Positions 13,770 to 25,940 of a stretch of 64,000 nt of DNA are shown piece after piece. Under the pieces are notes generated by a model. That model was not told the DNA's origin and searched no databases. It saw only the letters and a list, made by a program, of their open reading frames with translations. The position numbers were made by a program, and so were the translations under genes. Position 1 is the stretch's first letter; the number at the start of each line of letters is the position of its first letter. Origin of the DNA: Moniliella sp. 'wahieum' (lineage: Eukaryota); the NCBI GenBank assembly GCA_003971905.1, contig RSEE01000011.1, positions 806,001-870,000 on the forward strand. The letters are read 5' to 3'.

Positions 13770-14583
13770 GGCGTTCACCTCCCCCTCAAGAACCAGTTCC
13801 AATCCGAGCTAATGACGCTGGAGCCAGTCAGATCCACCATCTGCAGGTCGATGAGAGAGAGAAGAGAGGGGTTAGAGAGAGGGCGACTGCTAGAAAAGTA
13901 TAAGATCGAGAGAGTGTGTGCGTGAGAACAGCAAGCACCCACGCACCTCAACGCCTTGCCGGAACATGGTGGTAGACAAGAGAGAGCCCAGCTCAGCCAA
14001 CAGGCAGGATGGTGGGTAGTGAGTAACCTTGAGTAGGGGGCTATTGGTGACTTGACTGGCTGGTGACTCGCTTCTATGGAAGTTAAATGAGCATAGCGCG
14101 GGGGATTTCTGACAAAATGTGCGTCGAAGCGGCTGCGCCTACCCGTCGCAACCGGGAGATCACGTGACCAGGGTTCATGCGCATGTGGTGGTCCCATTCG
14201 TTCCGCATTGCACCCACTTTGGTCTGATTCCCCTCACTGCCCCACGTGTTCGTCTGGTCGTCCCCTGGATGGATGGCCAAACCAACCACAGGCGCAAGCG
14301 CCGCACGCACTGTGGCCGTCGCTAGGGTTGCCCGTTCCGCCCTCTCCTCCCGGCACGCAAGTGTCAGGCGGAATTAATTATTAATGGCAGCCGCGCCGAG
14401 GGAGAAAAAAAAATCTTCGCGTGGATGGGTGAGGCGGAGGGTGAGCCGGCAGCAGGGCATAGGCAGGCCAAGACCCACCAAACCTCAACCTCAGACGGCG
14501 GAACGGAGCAGTTGCGCTGCCCGCCGCTGCCCACCTCTCGACTGGCCTACCACCACCACCACCACCGCTGTTAGCTGTCCGCC

Positions 14584-16589
14584 ATGCCGCCCAAGAAAAA
14601 GGTCACCGGTAGCTCTGAGCCTGTCGAGAAGGAGCAGCGCATTGCCATTGGTACGTGTCCCCGTCCCCTTCCCCCCCCTCTCCGCCCCGGGTCCTCCTAA
14701 CTCGCTCCTTCCAGTCAACACCGACAAGTGCAAGCCCAAAAGTGCAACCAGGAATGCAAGCGTTCCTGCCCGGTGGTCCGGATGGGCCGTCTGTGCATTG
14801 AAGTCACACCTTCGAGCAAGATTGCGTTTATCTCTGAGCAACTGTGCATTGGTTGTGGTATTGTGTGTTTCGACCCCTCGCTTCCCCTCGTTTCTTTCGC
14901 TAGTGCGTCCACTGACTGATGTCTGTGTGTGTGTGTCTGGCTGCGTGTTTTGTGAGTGCAGTGTCCGAAAAAGTGCCCGTTTGAGGCGATTACGATTATC
15001 AAGCTGCCTACCAACTTGACCTCGGAGGTTACCCACCGCTACGGCCCCAACAGCTTCAAGCTGCATCGGCTGCCACAGCCTCGTGCGGGCCAAGTGCTCG
15101 GTCTGGTCGGTACCAATGGAATTGGCAAGTCGACCGCGCTGAAGATTTTGGCTGGCAAGCAAAAGCCCAACTTGGGCCGCTACTCGGACCCGCCTGACTG
15201 GCAAGAAATTCTGCGCTACTTCCGTGGCTCGGAGCTGCAGAACTTTTTCACCAAGGTGCTGGAGGACAACATCAAGGCGCTCATCAAGCCCCAGTATGTC
15301 GACCACATCCCTCGTGCCGTCAAGGGCAAGGCGACAGTATCGCAGATGCTCGATGGCAAGTTGGAGCGGGACAACAAGGAGCAGATTGTAGCTACGCTGG
15401 ACCTGAGGCCCGTGTTGGACCGCGACGTGAAGAACTTGTCCGGTGGAGAGCTGCAGCGCTTTGCCATTGGCATGTCGTGCGTCCAGCGCGCCAACGTGTA
15501 CATGTTTGATGAGCCGTCGTCCTACCTCGATGTCAAGCAGCGTCTCAATGCGGCGCGAATGATTCGGGACATGTTGGACGACGACACGTATGTCATTTGC
15601 GTCGAGCACGACTTGAGTGTGCTGGACTACCTTTCGGACTATGTGTGCTGCCTGTACGGTGTGCCTTCGGTGTACGGTGTGGTTACTGTTCCCTATCCCG
15701 TTCGTGAGGGCATCAACATCTTCCTGGATGGCTACATCCCGGCTGAAAACATGCGTTTCCGCGAAGAGAGCTTGACATTCAAGATTGCCGAGACGGCCGA
15801 CGACACGGTGGTGGAGAGTAACCGGGCATACAAGTACCCAGCAATGAAGAAGAAGCTTGGCAACTTCTCCCTCGAGATCCAGCCTGGCTCCTTTAACGAT
15901 TCAGAGATTCTTGTCTTCCTCGGTGAGAACGGGACGGGCAAGACGACGTTTGTCAAGATGCTGGCGGGCAAGTTGAAGCCGGACGAGGGTGGAGACAAGT
16001 TGCCGCAGATGAAGGTATCGATGAAGCCGCAGACGATTGCACCCAAGTTTGAAGGCACGGTGCGGATGTTGCTGCTCAAGAAGATCAAGGGGGCCTTTAT
16101 GCACCCTCAATTCCAGAGCGACGTGGTCAAGCCCATGTTCCTCGACAACATTATCGACCAAGAAGTCCAGACCTTGTCGGGTGGGAGTTGCAGCGTGTCG
16201 CGCTGGTCTTGGCGCTGGGTACGGCCGCGGATCTGTACCTGATCGACGAGCCGTCGGCCTACCTCGACTCGGAACAGCGTATCCTAGCAGCACGGATGAT
16301 CAAGCGCTTTATTCTCCACTCCAAGAAGACAGCCATGGTGATCGAGCACGACATTATTATGGCCACCTACCTTGCGGACCGCGTCATTGTCTACGAGGGT
16401 ACGCCCTCCATCAACGCTTTGGCCAAGTCGCCCGAATCGCTCTTGACAGGTATGAACTCCTTCCTGGCCACCTTGGGCGTCACGATGCGTCGTGACCCGA
16501 CCAACCTGCGTCCTCGTGTGAACAAGACCGACTCGGTCAAGGACAAGGAGCAGAAACTGTCGGGTGACTACTTCTTCCTGGGTGATTAA
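14584..16589 (+). CDS. RLI1: ABCE1 / RNase L inhibitor, Fe-S ribosome recycling ATPase
   Basis: Fe-S motifs ([32 protein letters not shown]); two ABC domains ([44 protein letters not shown]); two short 5' introns; one indel near 16185. Confidence 0.97.
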
Positions 16590-17613
16590 ACCTAGGTCCC
16601 TCTCCCTTCCTTTTCCCCCGCCCCCCTTCCCCGTCCCGGAGCCGGACTCATACTATGCGCTCCACTTGCTCCTTTCCCTCCTTTTCCCGTTCGGTTTCCC
16701 CATGTAGCGGGACGGGCCCGTATCACCTTAACCGCACCTTGCCCCCCTTGGGCGCGGAGGCGAGTGCGGTGGTGTGGTGCGTGTGCTGGTGAACGGTGCC
16801 TTGGAGTAGGTGACCGGGCGGGGGATGAGGAGGACTGGTGCCAGGTCTCTCTACTCCCAGCTCCTGGGCCCATTGTGGTGGAATGGGATGAGAGACTTCG
16901 GTCTACCTCCGAACGGTAGATATCCCTCCTCGAAAAAAATCCATCTTGCACTCAGAATGGTCTGCGGTGAGTAAGTGGCATATATGGTATGCCGCATAGA
17001 TGGAGCTGAGGTCGTGGAGGGGCGCTCCCGATATAGCCTGGAGGTGGTGGGTGGTCTTTTATCGGGGGGGTGAATGTATGGACGAGGCAGAGAGATTGGC
17101 AGTGGATGCGAGATCACCGATCCCTCCCTCGGTCAAGCTAAAGTCTGGCACTAGCTGACTGCGCGAGTATTCTGTCACTGGAGTGACCGGTGACCGGTGA
17201 CAGGTGACCAGTGATCGAGCTGTGCGTGTGCCAACTCACTTGCAGCGATAGCAATCCACTCAAGCCCAAGCAGTTCCGGGTCGGCCAAATAACAGCATGG
17301 GTCTTCTGATAACGTCAAGCCAGACTCCCCGTCCTCCGTCGGTTCTCATGTCACAGTTGGCACCTACGTGAGCCGTGAGCTCACTGCACTAAACCAGAAC
17401 CCTTTGTGTCGCTGCCTGCATCTCCTCACACGACCATCCATCACCACTCCCTGCCAACAACACTTGGATCCCCCACCACGTCTCTACCCCCCTCCCGCAC
17501 CGCTCTTACCCCCTCAAAAAACTGCGTTTTGGCAGTTTTTGATCCGAAGCAGACACGTTGCTTCTCCCCCCCTTCCCGCTCAACATTGGTTGTTTGCATC
17601 ATTGTCTCGCCAA

Positions 17614-18233
17614 ATGTCCGCTGCCGGCGCGGTAGTCCCTCTGCCCTCCCTATGGCAACGTTCGGCGGTAGTCATGCTCGATGCCGCTCAGGGCGCGCTG
17701 GTTAACGCGCTAGGTGCGTCCCCTCTCCCACCTACCGATTCCTGTGGTCTAGCACAGGTAAGAAATGGGACTGACGAAGAACGGGGGGTGGCGGACTGCG
17801 TTGGCTCGATGCAGGTGGCACTTGTGGTGTTTGGATGTGTGCCTGCGTTGGCCATGACGTTGCCCTGGTCGGAACAGTTGCACTGGGAAGAAAAACCGGT
17901 TCTTGTTTTGGGTTAGCCATGGTACGTTGCAATCCATGAACCAATGAGCCAATGAGCCCATGAACCTGATGGGAAAAGGGGCCCTGAAGTTGGTGCCCTG
18001 TCTCTTTGGTATACTATCCATTGTCTTCGTTGTGGACAAAGGGACGAAGACCAACTAACCTGCCCTCCTCCCCTTTTCTCCCCTTTTCTCCTTTTTCTTT
18101 GCTTGGCCGGCTCGTAGTGTTCTGGGAAACGCAAGACATTCTCGAGCTCGCTGAACTGCCCTACTCGGCATCCTTGTTCCCTTCGGCCTGTGCGCAAGTG
18201 CAGGTGGCAACGGCAACCAAGAAAACTAACTAG
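17614..18233 (+). CDS. Small spliced gene of unknown function (possible small membrane protein)
   Basis: ATG at 17614 after a pyrimidine-rich leader; GTGCGT..CTGAC..CAG and GTACGT..CTAAC..TAG intron-like signals; hydrophobic segment; no recognisable motif; end uncertain. Confidence 0.35.
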
Positions 18234-18442
18234 CAATCCACGCACTCCGCTCTCTCCATCCACTCGCTCACCTGGCAAGCTGGTACGCACCAGCAGAGGG
18301 GAGAAGACTGGTAGTACAATTTTGGTTTTTGGAAGCGGAAAAGTGGAAGGGCGGCGGGGGGGGCGACTAGATGTTTGACAATGTGAACGGCCAGCAGAGG
18401 GGGAGGTAGCTTAGGCAAGCCAGGGAAGGGGGGGGGCGGGGC

Positions 18443-18933
18443 TCAGAAGGTATCCATGTCGTTTCCTGGTGCAGAAGCAGCACCAGGTCGCCGCTTGACG
18501 CCTGGGTCGGTGTAAAGGCGCTCACAATGGGTGCAAACGAAGAAGAGGATCATGCGGTTGTAGATCCGCTTGGACTGGTCCTGGAACATGACCGCTCTGC
18601 ACAATGGTCATGCGTTAGGCTTCTCTTCCCCACACACGCGCAAGAGAGGGAGCGGCGGAGAGGGTGGGGGGTAGGGAGGGAGGGAACGCACTCTTCGTTT
18701 CCACAGTGTGGGCAGTGCTGCTGGATACGAGCCAGAGTGGGGTCCTTTACCAAGCCTTCGATCTGGCCTGGTTGTTCTTGGGAGATGGACATGAGGTCGT
18801 TGCGGTAGACAAGGTGGTTTGCCGCCTCTTCGCGGTAGTCGCAATTGCGGCAGCTGTACAGCAGCACATGGTTGGTCCGGTCCTCGGGGTAGAGAAGGTT
18901 GTTGCACTCCTGGCAGAAGCGTAGCGTTGTCAT
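18443..18933 (-). CDS. RPB9: RNA polymerase II subunit RPB9
   Basis: MTTLRFCQECNNLLYP, LLYSCRNCDYREEA, DPTLAR, CPHCGNEE, intron, AVMFQ, MILFFVCTHC. Confidence 0.95.
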
Positions 18934-19103
18934 CGTCCAAGTTACGGGTGGTGGCGGACACAACGATAGTCCTAACCGAGGCCCAATTACGCCTTTCATC
19001 TCCTGCGTCACCACCGTCAAGACGAGCAGACAAAAGCCGGCAATAGAATGTGGATTAGGTAATGCTCTAACGGAACATCTTCAGATACTAGGCTCACCAA
19101 TTA

Positions 19104-19186
19104 GCCTCTTTGGCTCAGTGGTAAAGCATCTACTAGTAAGACTTGCTGGTATGAGAAGATCGGTCGTTCGATTCGGCCAAGAGGCA
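19104..19186 (+). tRNA. tRNA-Thr(AGT) with about 12-nt intron
   Basis: Acceptor stem GCCTCTT/AAGAGGC; D arm GCTCAGTGGTAAAGC; CT-AGT-A anticodon loop; T arm GGTCG-TTCGATT-CGGCC; oligo-T terminator. The anticodon stem appears to lack one C (TCTA vs TGAGA), probably an assembly deletion. Confidence 0.88.
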
Positions 19187-19531
19187 TTTTTTTGCTCTTC
19201 ATTTCTGTTGCTCCATGCTCTGCCCCCAAACTATCCGAGGTGCTCCGCATGGATATGCAGGCATTGGCAGACATTATCGACTGCAACAACAAAGACCCCC
19301 TTATGTCCTTTCCAGCTTTGGACACACCAAAGCACCCCGTGTATGTAGCAGAACGATTGTGAGATGTATACCGACGCAACACACTCTCACTGCTGCGAGA
19401 TCTGATCAAGTCCAACACCTTGTAGCGCAAAAAAAAAGTCACTGAACACGACGTCAATAGGGAGAGCGGCCAAGTGTAAATCGAGCTGGAAACTAATACA
19501 AGAAACCCCTGTTCTGTAGAAAGTGGTTTTT

Positions 19532-19986
19532 TTACGCAGTCCAAGCGCCAGTCTCCTTCTCGATCTGTAACGAAAAAAGAAGAGTCACACCGAGAGGTCA
19601 ACGCGGTCAGCGAATCCATACTGAAGCTTTTCTCCGCAACAAGGCGTCACAGGACTAGGGAGAACAAGGCGAGAGAGGAAGACGTACGTGGTGGAGGACG
19701 GAAGTGTAAACCCCATAGGAACAGTATACCAAGGCGCTGGTATCCTTGTTGTTACCCCGGTAGTCTCCCGGGTAGCAGTGAGACGCGATGTAGCGGAGGT
19801 CCTTGTTCTCCGGCTGGTAGTTTTGGCAGTCGCTCACCCATTTCTCGCAGAAGGTTGTGCCGTTCTGCGAAGAGAAGTTGACGAGGGTGCGGTCGTCGTA
19901 GCGCTTGGACAGGGCCGGTGCGGCATTGGCCGCGCCCATAGCGGCGGTACCGGCGAGAGCGAGAGCAGTGGCGAAGAAACGTACAT
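19532..19986 (-). CDS. Small secreted cysteine-containing protein (signal peptide, KR site, one intron)
   Basis: After correcting one indel near the ATG: M-x-RFFATALALAGTAAMGAANAAPALSKR|YDDRTLVNF with 4 Cys; GTACGT donor near 19687; last exon IEKETGAWTA*; TATAAA about 110 bp upstream. Confidence 0.7.
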
Positions 19987-20096
19987 TATGTTGGCTGAGT
20001 TGGAGTTAGGCTTGGGGTTGAGGTTGGCGAGTACGGGTGTTGTTGGTAGGCAAGAGGGTGGAGGAATAGCATAAGGGGCGTTTGCGTGGGTTCATA

Positions 20097-20102
20097 TTTA
20101 TA
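20097..20102 (-). promoter_or_regulatory. TATA box of the small secreted protein gene
   Basis: TATAAA on the minus strand about 110 nt upstream of the ATG at 19986. Confidence 0.5.
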
Positions 20103-22231
20103 AGCCCCTTTGCTGTTGCTTGCGGCGTTCGGAGGCGGTATGCCGTGGAAACGCTGAGGCGCGCGCTGTGCGGCAGGCGCAGCAGTCCTGTCGCATGTCA
20201 CGTGCCCCATGCCACATGTGGCGTGTGGCGTGTGAGGTCCGAGACCAGCCATTGGTCGTCGGAATAGCGCAGTCGGCGTAGCGCACGGACATGCATACTA
20301 GCAAGATACCAGGCCATACCAGGCAATAAGCTCTGTTAGAATCTTTTTTGCCCTCGGCAATCATAGCGGCTTTTTCTATGCTTGTTCAGTCCGTCCTCGT
20401 ACCCTTTTTGCTCGCACCTTCGGAGTTCAAGCGATTGGGCCTTTTTCTTTGTATAACGAAGGCACGTGGAGAGTGGTATAATTAATTGAATGTTTGTTTT
20501 GGTCCATGATTGCATGTAATTTTTCCCCTTCTGCCAGTTCCTGATCTAGACGCACGAGGAATCCCAGGCAGGAGTCCCAGACGGAGTACCATGGAGTATC
20601 AGAGGTAGTAATTCCAAGGAGTAACTGCTCTCTGCCATAGAGCCGCGGACTCGATGGGGTGACTTTTTGCCAGGGTCTAGCAAACATTGGACAAAAATGG
20701 AGATGGCATTGCAGAGCTACTAAGGAGAGCTGGACCCAAGGACCGTGATATGAGTTTCGGAAACGGAAGCCAGTGGAAGCTGTCAAGATCCGAGACTCAC
20801 TCTGCCTCAATGCACTGCGTGTGTCTGGCCACGTACCACTGAAGGCCGACGGGCTTTTGGACGACCGCGGTGGTCAACAACTTTCCTGTTGACGGATCCT
20901 GAGTGCTCTGGATTGTCCTTGCATTGGCTCCCTTTGGCCACCTACGTCACATTGTGAGATGAGCTGTGGGTGTGAGGCTGAGTATACTGATGACTACGAG
21001 AGTGTTATACAATCACCGTTTTGACCGCGAGATGAAGCGATGAAGAGGAGGTTTGAGATCTGAGAACAAAGGAGTCGCTCCTCAGGATCTCAGTACTGAG
21101 ACTTAGTACTCACATGTCACACCATATGCTGATGGCTTGGACTTCCCCCTCGGATCATGTGACAGGGACGGAGCGCGGAGCGTCCATGCCTCCACTCTGG
21201 AAGCAGCGGACTTGGACATTGGCCTAGGAAAAGCCAAGCAAAGGCCAAGAAGAGACACGCTTCATTTGCGCTCATGTGCATACTGATGCATGACATGCAT
21301 GATGGCTGAGCCTGTGTGTGACGGATTGTGCAACCCCGGTCTAACTGTGTGCGTATCCTTGCCCAGGACTGTCTTGTCGTCTTCTGCCGCAAATTCCCCA
21401 CCAGCGCACAGGAGATGCCATCGATCGCTTATGGGCTCGCCGATCATGATCGCCGACTCCAGGCTGGAGGTGGGGAGTGACTGGGTCGGCCGGGGGAAGT
21501 GAGATGATCTGAGAGGCCTGAAGCCGAGAGAGTATGGAGGCGGAAGAGAGAGGCGTGCCCCACGTCTACGACAGAGAACAGCAGTGAGTGAGTGGGGCAT
21601 CTTCTCACCAAGCGTCTCGACGCCAGTGAAGCTCCGCGAGCGAGCTTCGTGTTGCGCGCTGATTTGTTGCGCTCTGGCTTGCTGTCCCCAACAGATGGCA
21701 TGTGTGCATGCCTGTGCTTGAGCATGGTCTGCCTTCCTCAAGCCCACTGCTCCACAGCACCAGGCAAGCCCCGTGCGTGGCCCCTCGGCTGCCCCACACC
21801 AGCGAGCAGCAGCAGTGCCCCCCTGCTGGATCGGCATGTCGTCATGCTGATCGCCCGCATACGGCCCCCACACTGCTGCCATGCTGCATCTCGCTCCGGC
21901 TGGGCTGCTGCCGTCGCGCCAGAGCGCCTGCCCTGCCAATCCCCAATTAGGCATGCCCAATTAGGCATCCTGCTTCCCTTGGCATCCCATTGCAGCACAC
22001 TCGCACACCGCCGCTGCTCGCAAGATGCGGCCTGGCAGTGGCACTGTGCCTCGGCGCGCTCCTTGCCGTGCGCGTTGGGACCCAGCCGACGCGCAGGCTG
22101 CGATACTGAGCAAGTGGGGCGCCAGTGTGCCTGCGACGGCCGGCGATGTTGCCTATTTGGGGATGTGCCATGGCGCCTGTCTGCTGTTCACTGCCCTTCT
22201 GCCCCGTGCTGCAAGGGGCTGCCACCAAGCT

Positions 22232-22238
22232 ATATAGA
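22232..22238 (+). promoter_or_regulatory. TATA-like element of the secreted protein gene
   Basis: TATATAG about 150 nt upstream of the ATG at 22382, followed by a CT-rich leader. Confidence 0.45.
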
Positions 22239-22381
22239 GTTGCCCACGCTCGCCTGCAGCTCGTCCCCTTCTACCTCTCCCCTACCGACCACCCCCTCCC
22301 TCTCCACACCACCACCCGTCAAACCCAATCCTCCCACTGCTCTTTACTTCCGTTACTCCTTTGACGATCTTTCTCGCCACC

Positions 22382-23309
22382 ATGAAGCTTGCCTCTGTCT
22401 TTAGCGCCACCGCCCTCGTCGCCTCGGCTTCTGCCACCTACGCCCTCGTCTTGCCCCGCGCCGACAACTCTGTTGCCCGTGAACTGGGCGCCTTGTCGGG
22501 CGGGGCATGGGCCGAGCAGATGGAGGCGCGAGAGGAGCTGGCGCCGCGTATCGTTTGGAACCCAAGCATCACCCAGCCTGTTGCCAACCAGTCTTTCGTT
22601 GCTGGTGCACCCTTTGTGATCGAGTGGTACGTGCATCTGTTCCTTTCCTTTGGTCTTCTCCCACGATCTCTGACGTTTCTCTTCCCTTCTCCCTTTCTCT
22701 TCCCTCCTCGTTAGGGACAGCTCGGATGCGCCTAAGAACTTCAACACCAGTGCCCCTGTGGTCATCAAGCTCGGCTACGATGATGGCAGCTCCGGAGGGC
22801 TGCACGAAAAGTGGGACCTGGTGAAAGAAGAACAAGATGTGCCTCTGAGCCGCGGCCACGCGATTGCCACCTTGCCCGCGAGCTTGGCCCCGCGCAACGA
22901 TTACATTGTCATTGTCATGGGCGACAGTGGCAATGCCAGTCCCAAGTTCAAGGTGGTGCAACAGCATGGCAAAACCAGCAACGCGAAGCGGATCGTGTAC
23001 AACCCTACCGTCACCTCTCCTACTGGAGGCGAATCGTTTGCAGCGGGCTCCCCGACTGAGATTACCTGGTCGACCGATGGATTGCCCTCCTCCTTGGAGA
23101 ACTCGCAAGTCGAAGTCCGTTTGGGCTATGCGCCGTCAAAGAACGACGAGGGGTACCATGAGAAGTGGTCCTTGGGCCAGTTCCCCATCAAGGCGGGCAC
23201 AGCTACTGTCACGCTTCCCTCCGACGTCGAACCGCGGTCGGACTACCTATTTGTCCTGATGGGCGACAGCGGAAACTTTAGCAAGCAGTTTTCCATCACC
23301 GCCGCCTAA
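22382..23309 (+). CDS. Secreted protein with two tandem Kre9/Knh1-N-terminal-like (Ser-Thr-rich GPI family) beta-sandwich domains
   Basis: Signal peptide MKLASVFSATALVASASA; intron 22627-22714; two internally homologous domains (IVWNPSITQP...MGDSGNASPKF and IVYNPTVTSP...MGDSGNFSKQFSI); frame is intact. Confidence 0.8.
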
Positions 23310-23808
23310 GACTTCCCTTCTCTTCCTTGTTCCCTCTCCCCCTCCCCTTCTCACACCTACACAGACCTAAGCATGCCGGCTCTCATTCCAGCCCTCCATT
23401 GCATCTCGCCAGTCTGCGTCACGTCCCCCCCCCCGCCCTTCTCTGCGCCGATCCTTTGAGCGCAGCATTTCCCCTTAGGCGCTGATTGACGCTTCCTTTT
23501 TCTCCTACTCCCTGCCGCGCCTTATCCTGATGCCTTTTCCCATGTACTATTTCCCCTCCCTCTCCTCCTGTTTAACTGCCGAACACACCCCACGCACTGT
23601 AGGCGAGGGTTGTGCTTCCCTTTTATCGCCCCACGCCCAAATTCATTGCTTTCTGACGCCCATCCTGCCTCGCTTGTGGTTTGAATATCATTTCTCTCTT
23701 TGTTCGGGGTTCCGCATAAAGCTGACGACGGAGGGTAGCCAGTACAGGCGAGCCAGCCACGGTCTAACTCGCCAATTAGGGTTTTATATGGGACGACCGT
23801 CATATTGA

Positions 23809-23893
23809 GGGTTTGTGGTGTAGTGGTATCATGCCTCTTTAGGGTTAGTTCAACTCATAGAGGTGGTCCTCGGTTCGATCCCGGGCGGACCCC
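23809..23893 (+). tRNA. tRNA-Pro(AGG) with about 13-nt intron
   Basis: Acceptor GGGTTTG/CGGACCC; anticodon stem CCTCT/AGAGG with TT-AGG-G loop and intron; T arm CTCGG-TTCGATC-CCGGG; T6 terminator. Confidence 0.93.
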
Positions 23894-24213
23894 TTTTTTG
23901 GGTGATTTCTTTTGATTCTGTGAAGCTGGGTTGAAGTTTTGCCACGTATACAGACTGGTTCTGGCCAGTTCCTCCGTCTCCAGCCTTTGCGCAACCTTTC
24001 CCAATCCTAATCCCAACCCATCCCATCTCGATGGTAACTTCGTCTCCTTCGGCTCGCAACCCTCAACCCTCGTATCCCTTGCGACATTAGATCTACAGAG
24101 GCTGGACTGTGGTAGCTACGATAATCGGTACCGATAGAGTCCACCGCGATGCCGACGGTCGCATCTCATCCGCAGAGAATGATAAAAACACCAAATTGCG
24201 ACACGTTCTTCCA

Positions 24214-24409
24214 TGTCAGGAGACGGAGATGGGGGAAAGGGTGCAGATGGATGCATACATCTATGGACGCACAGGAGGTATATGTACCTCCTCAAGAAGG
24301 GGGCACAGTCGAGAGGTGGACACAGGATCTCCAACTGATAAGAATCACGCCATAGTGCCCATACGGGCCTAGTGGGCCAAGGGCCCCCTAGCACGGCGTG
24401 AGTCTGACA
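24214..24409 (-). repeat. 3' LTR (196 bp)
   Basis: Direct repeat of 26742-26934 with TG..CA termini. Confidence 0.95.
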
Positions 24410-24574
24410 CTCCCACCGATCCTGTGGACACCTTGGGTCTCCTTCAACGATGGCCAACTCGTGGACAGAGACGAAGTCGATGGTAACGAAGTGGACAAGT
24501 CACCTCCACCGAACCAAAGGAACAGAGATCAGGGTGAGGAAAAGGGAAAGGAAAGGGAAAGAACAATGCGCAGA

Positions 24575-25940
24575 TCAGGTCGGTGAAGGGCTGGACCTGA
24601 GAGGAAGCATACGCGGCGTTCTCTTGTACCGGATGTGGGTCCGATGAAGACGCAGACGTCGCAAGCGAGGGCGATGCGGACGACTTAGCGACAATGATGC
24701 GACACAGCCAAATAAGAAGACAAAGAGAGCATGCAAGGCGACGGGAAAGTGTGTGTCTTGGCCCATATGCTCAGAGTTGCACTTGGTGACGCTTGAGGCG
24801 TAGCCAAGCGCGGCCCTCTCATTTTCCTCAAGCGGTAGCGGCGTCCCGCAGGGGGCAAGAGGAATGTGCATGTCGGCATCGATGGTGGATGAGGAGGTAG
24901 CGCCGCCGAGGGAGGCGACGGGCGCTAGGCTTTGAGTTTCCCACTTGAGCAAGTCCTCTGCGATGAATGGGGCAAGAGGAGGCGCGGGAGAGGAAGCGAC
25001 CACAGCAAGGTGGCTATAGTCGTTTTCCTGGAAACGGACATTGTTTGACTCGGTAGTTGTCCATTTACCGTTGCGGCAGACGCGAAGAAGCCACCGACGC
25101 GTCGTCGAATTGAAGCCAAGATGGAAGGATGTAGCAGCTGGGCTCATTTCCTCGGCATGAGCCTGGCAGCCGAAGGGATGCAGGGCTGGAACATCGAAAG
25201 AACAGCCATACATACGCTGATGGGGTGGCATTGGAGCAGGACGGGTGCGGCAAGGCGTTGATGACCGTGGCGGCCTGAGCAAGGGCTGCAGGCCAACAGG
25301 TTGGTCCAGCGGAGAGGGAATGCAATGCAGCTTGAACAAGGTTGTTCAGCAATAGGTGCACGCGGTTGAGTACGCCGGCAGGGTCATCGTCGGTCGCCCG
25401 GCAGTGCCGAATGCCCACAGAGCGGAGCCAGGGGGATATGGGATCAAACTCGGTCCTGCTCGTAGTCCACACATGGGCCACCTTGAGGTGGCAATGAGAG
25501 AATCGCTCGAGAGACTCAATGTGGGCTTGCAGTGCATCAGCGGCGTCTGTCTTGGACTTGAGGGGGATAGACCAGATGAAACGCGAGTCATGGTCTTGGA
25601 CGATGAGAGCACACGTTGCGCTGGGAGAGGTGCCGAAGTCGTCGAACACGTCAGCAGCAAGCGTGTGCAAGGGAAATGGCTTGTGCAGGCCCGGCTTGAG
25701 CAAGGGTGGCATAGGTTCAGAGGGAACTAAGTCACACGTCGGGCAGTGCCAGCCAGCGGCCTTCACGGCGAGCACGTCATCGTGCGTAACTCGCTCAGCG
25801 GGTGAGAGGGCCGCGGTGAGCCCCGGAAGCTTGTGAACGGGAAGATGCATGGCACGTTCATGCCATAACTTGACGCGTGCAACAATGGCATCCCGAACAG
25901 CAGGGGAGCGACCGAGCGGGTCAGCGGGCTTGCGGGGCAA
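24575..25940 (-). CDS. Degenerate copia-type integrase (HHCC zinc finger, rve core, SH3-like tail), catalytic residues lost
   Basis: LWHERAMHL..CPTC, LAADVF, DHDSRFIWSIPLKSK, WPAALAQAATVINALP, FGC, HLGFN, ESNNVRFQEN; frameshift near 25200. Confidence 0.8.

Noticed and set aside
20427..21960. ORFs of 127-270 aa between the two secreted-protein genes
   Set aside because: No motifs or coding-like composition; treated as intergenic, though a decayed gene cannot be excluded.
23840..23849. TTAGGGTTAG (reverse complement CTAACCCTAA) resembling a telomere repeat or telomerase RNA template
   Set aside because: It is the anticodon loop and intron start of tRNA-Pro(AGG).
24028..24487. Short matches between the flank (24028-24046) and the element interior (24468-24487): 11-bp direct and 10-bp inverted
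   Set aside because: Too short to distinguish from chance, and there is no structural model for them.
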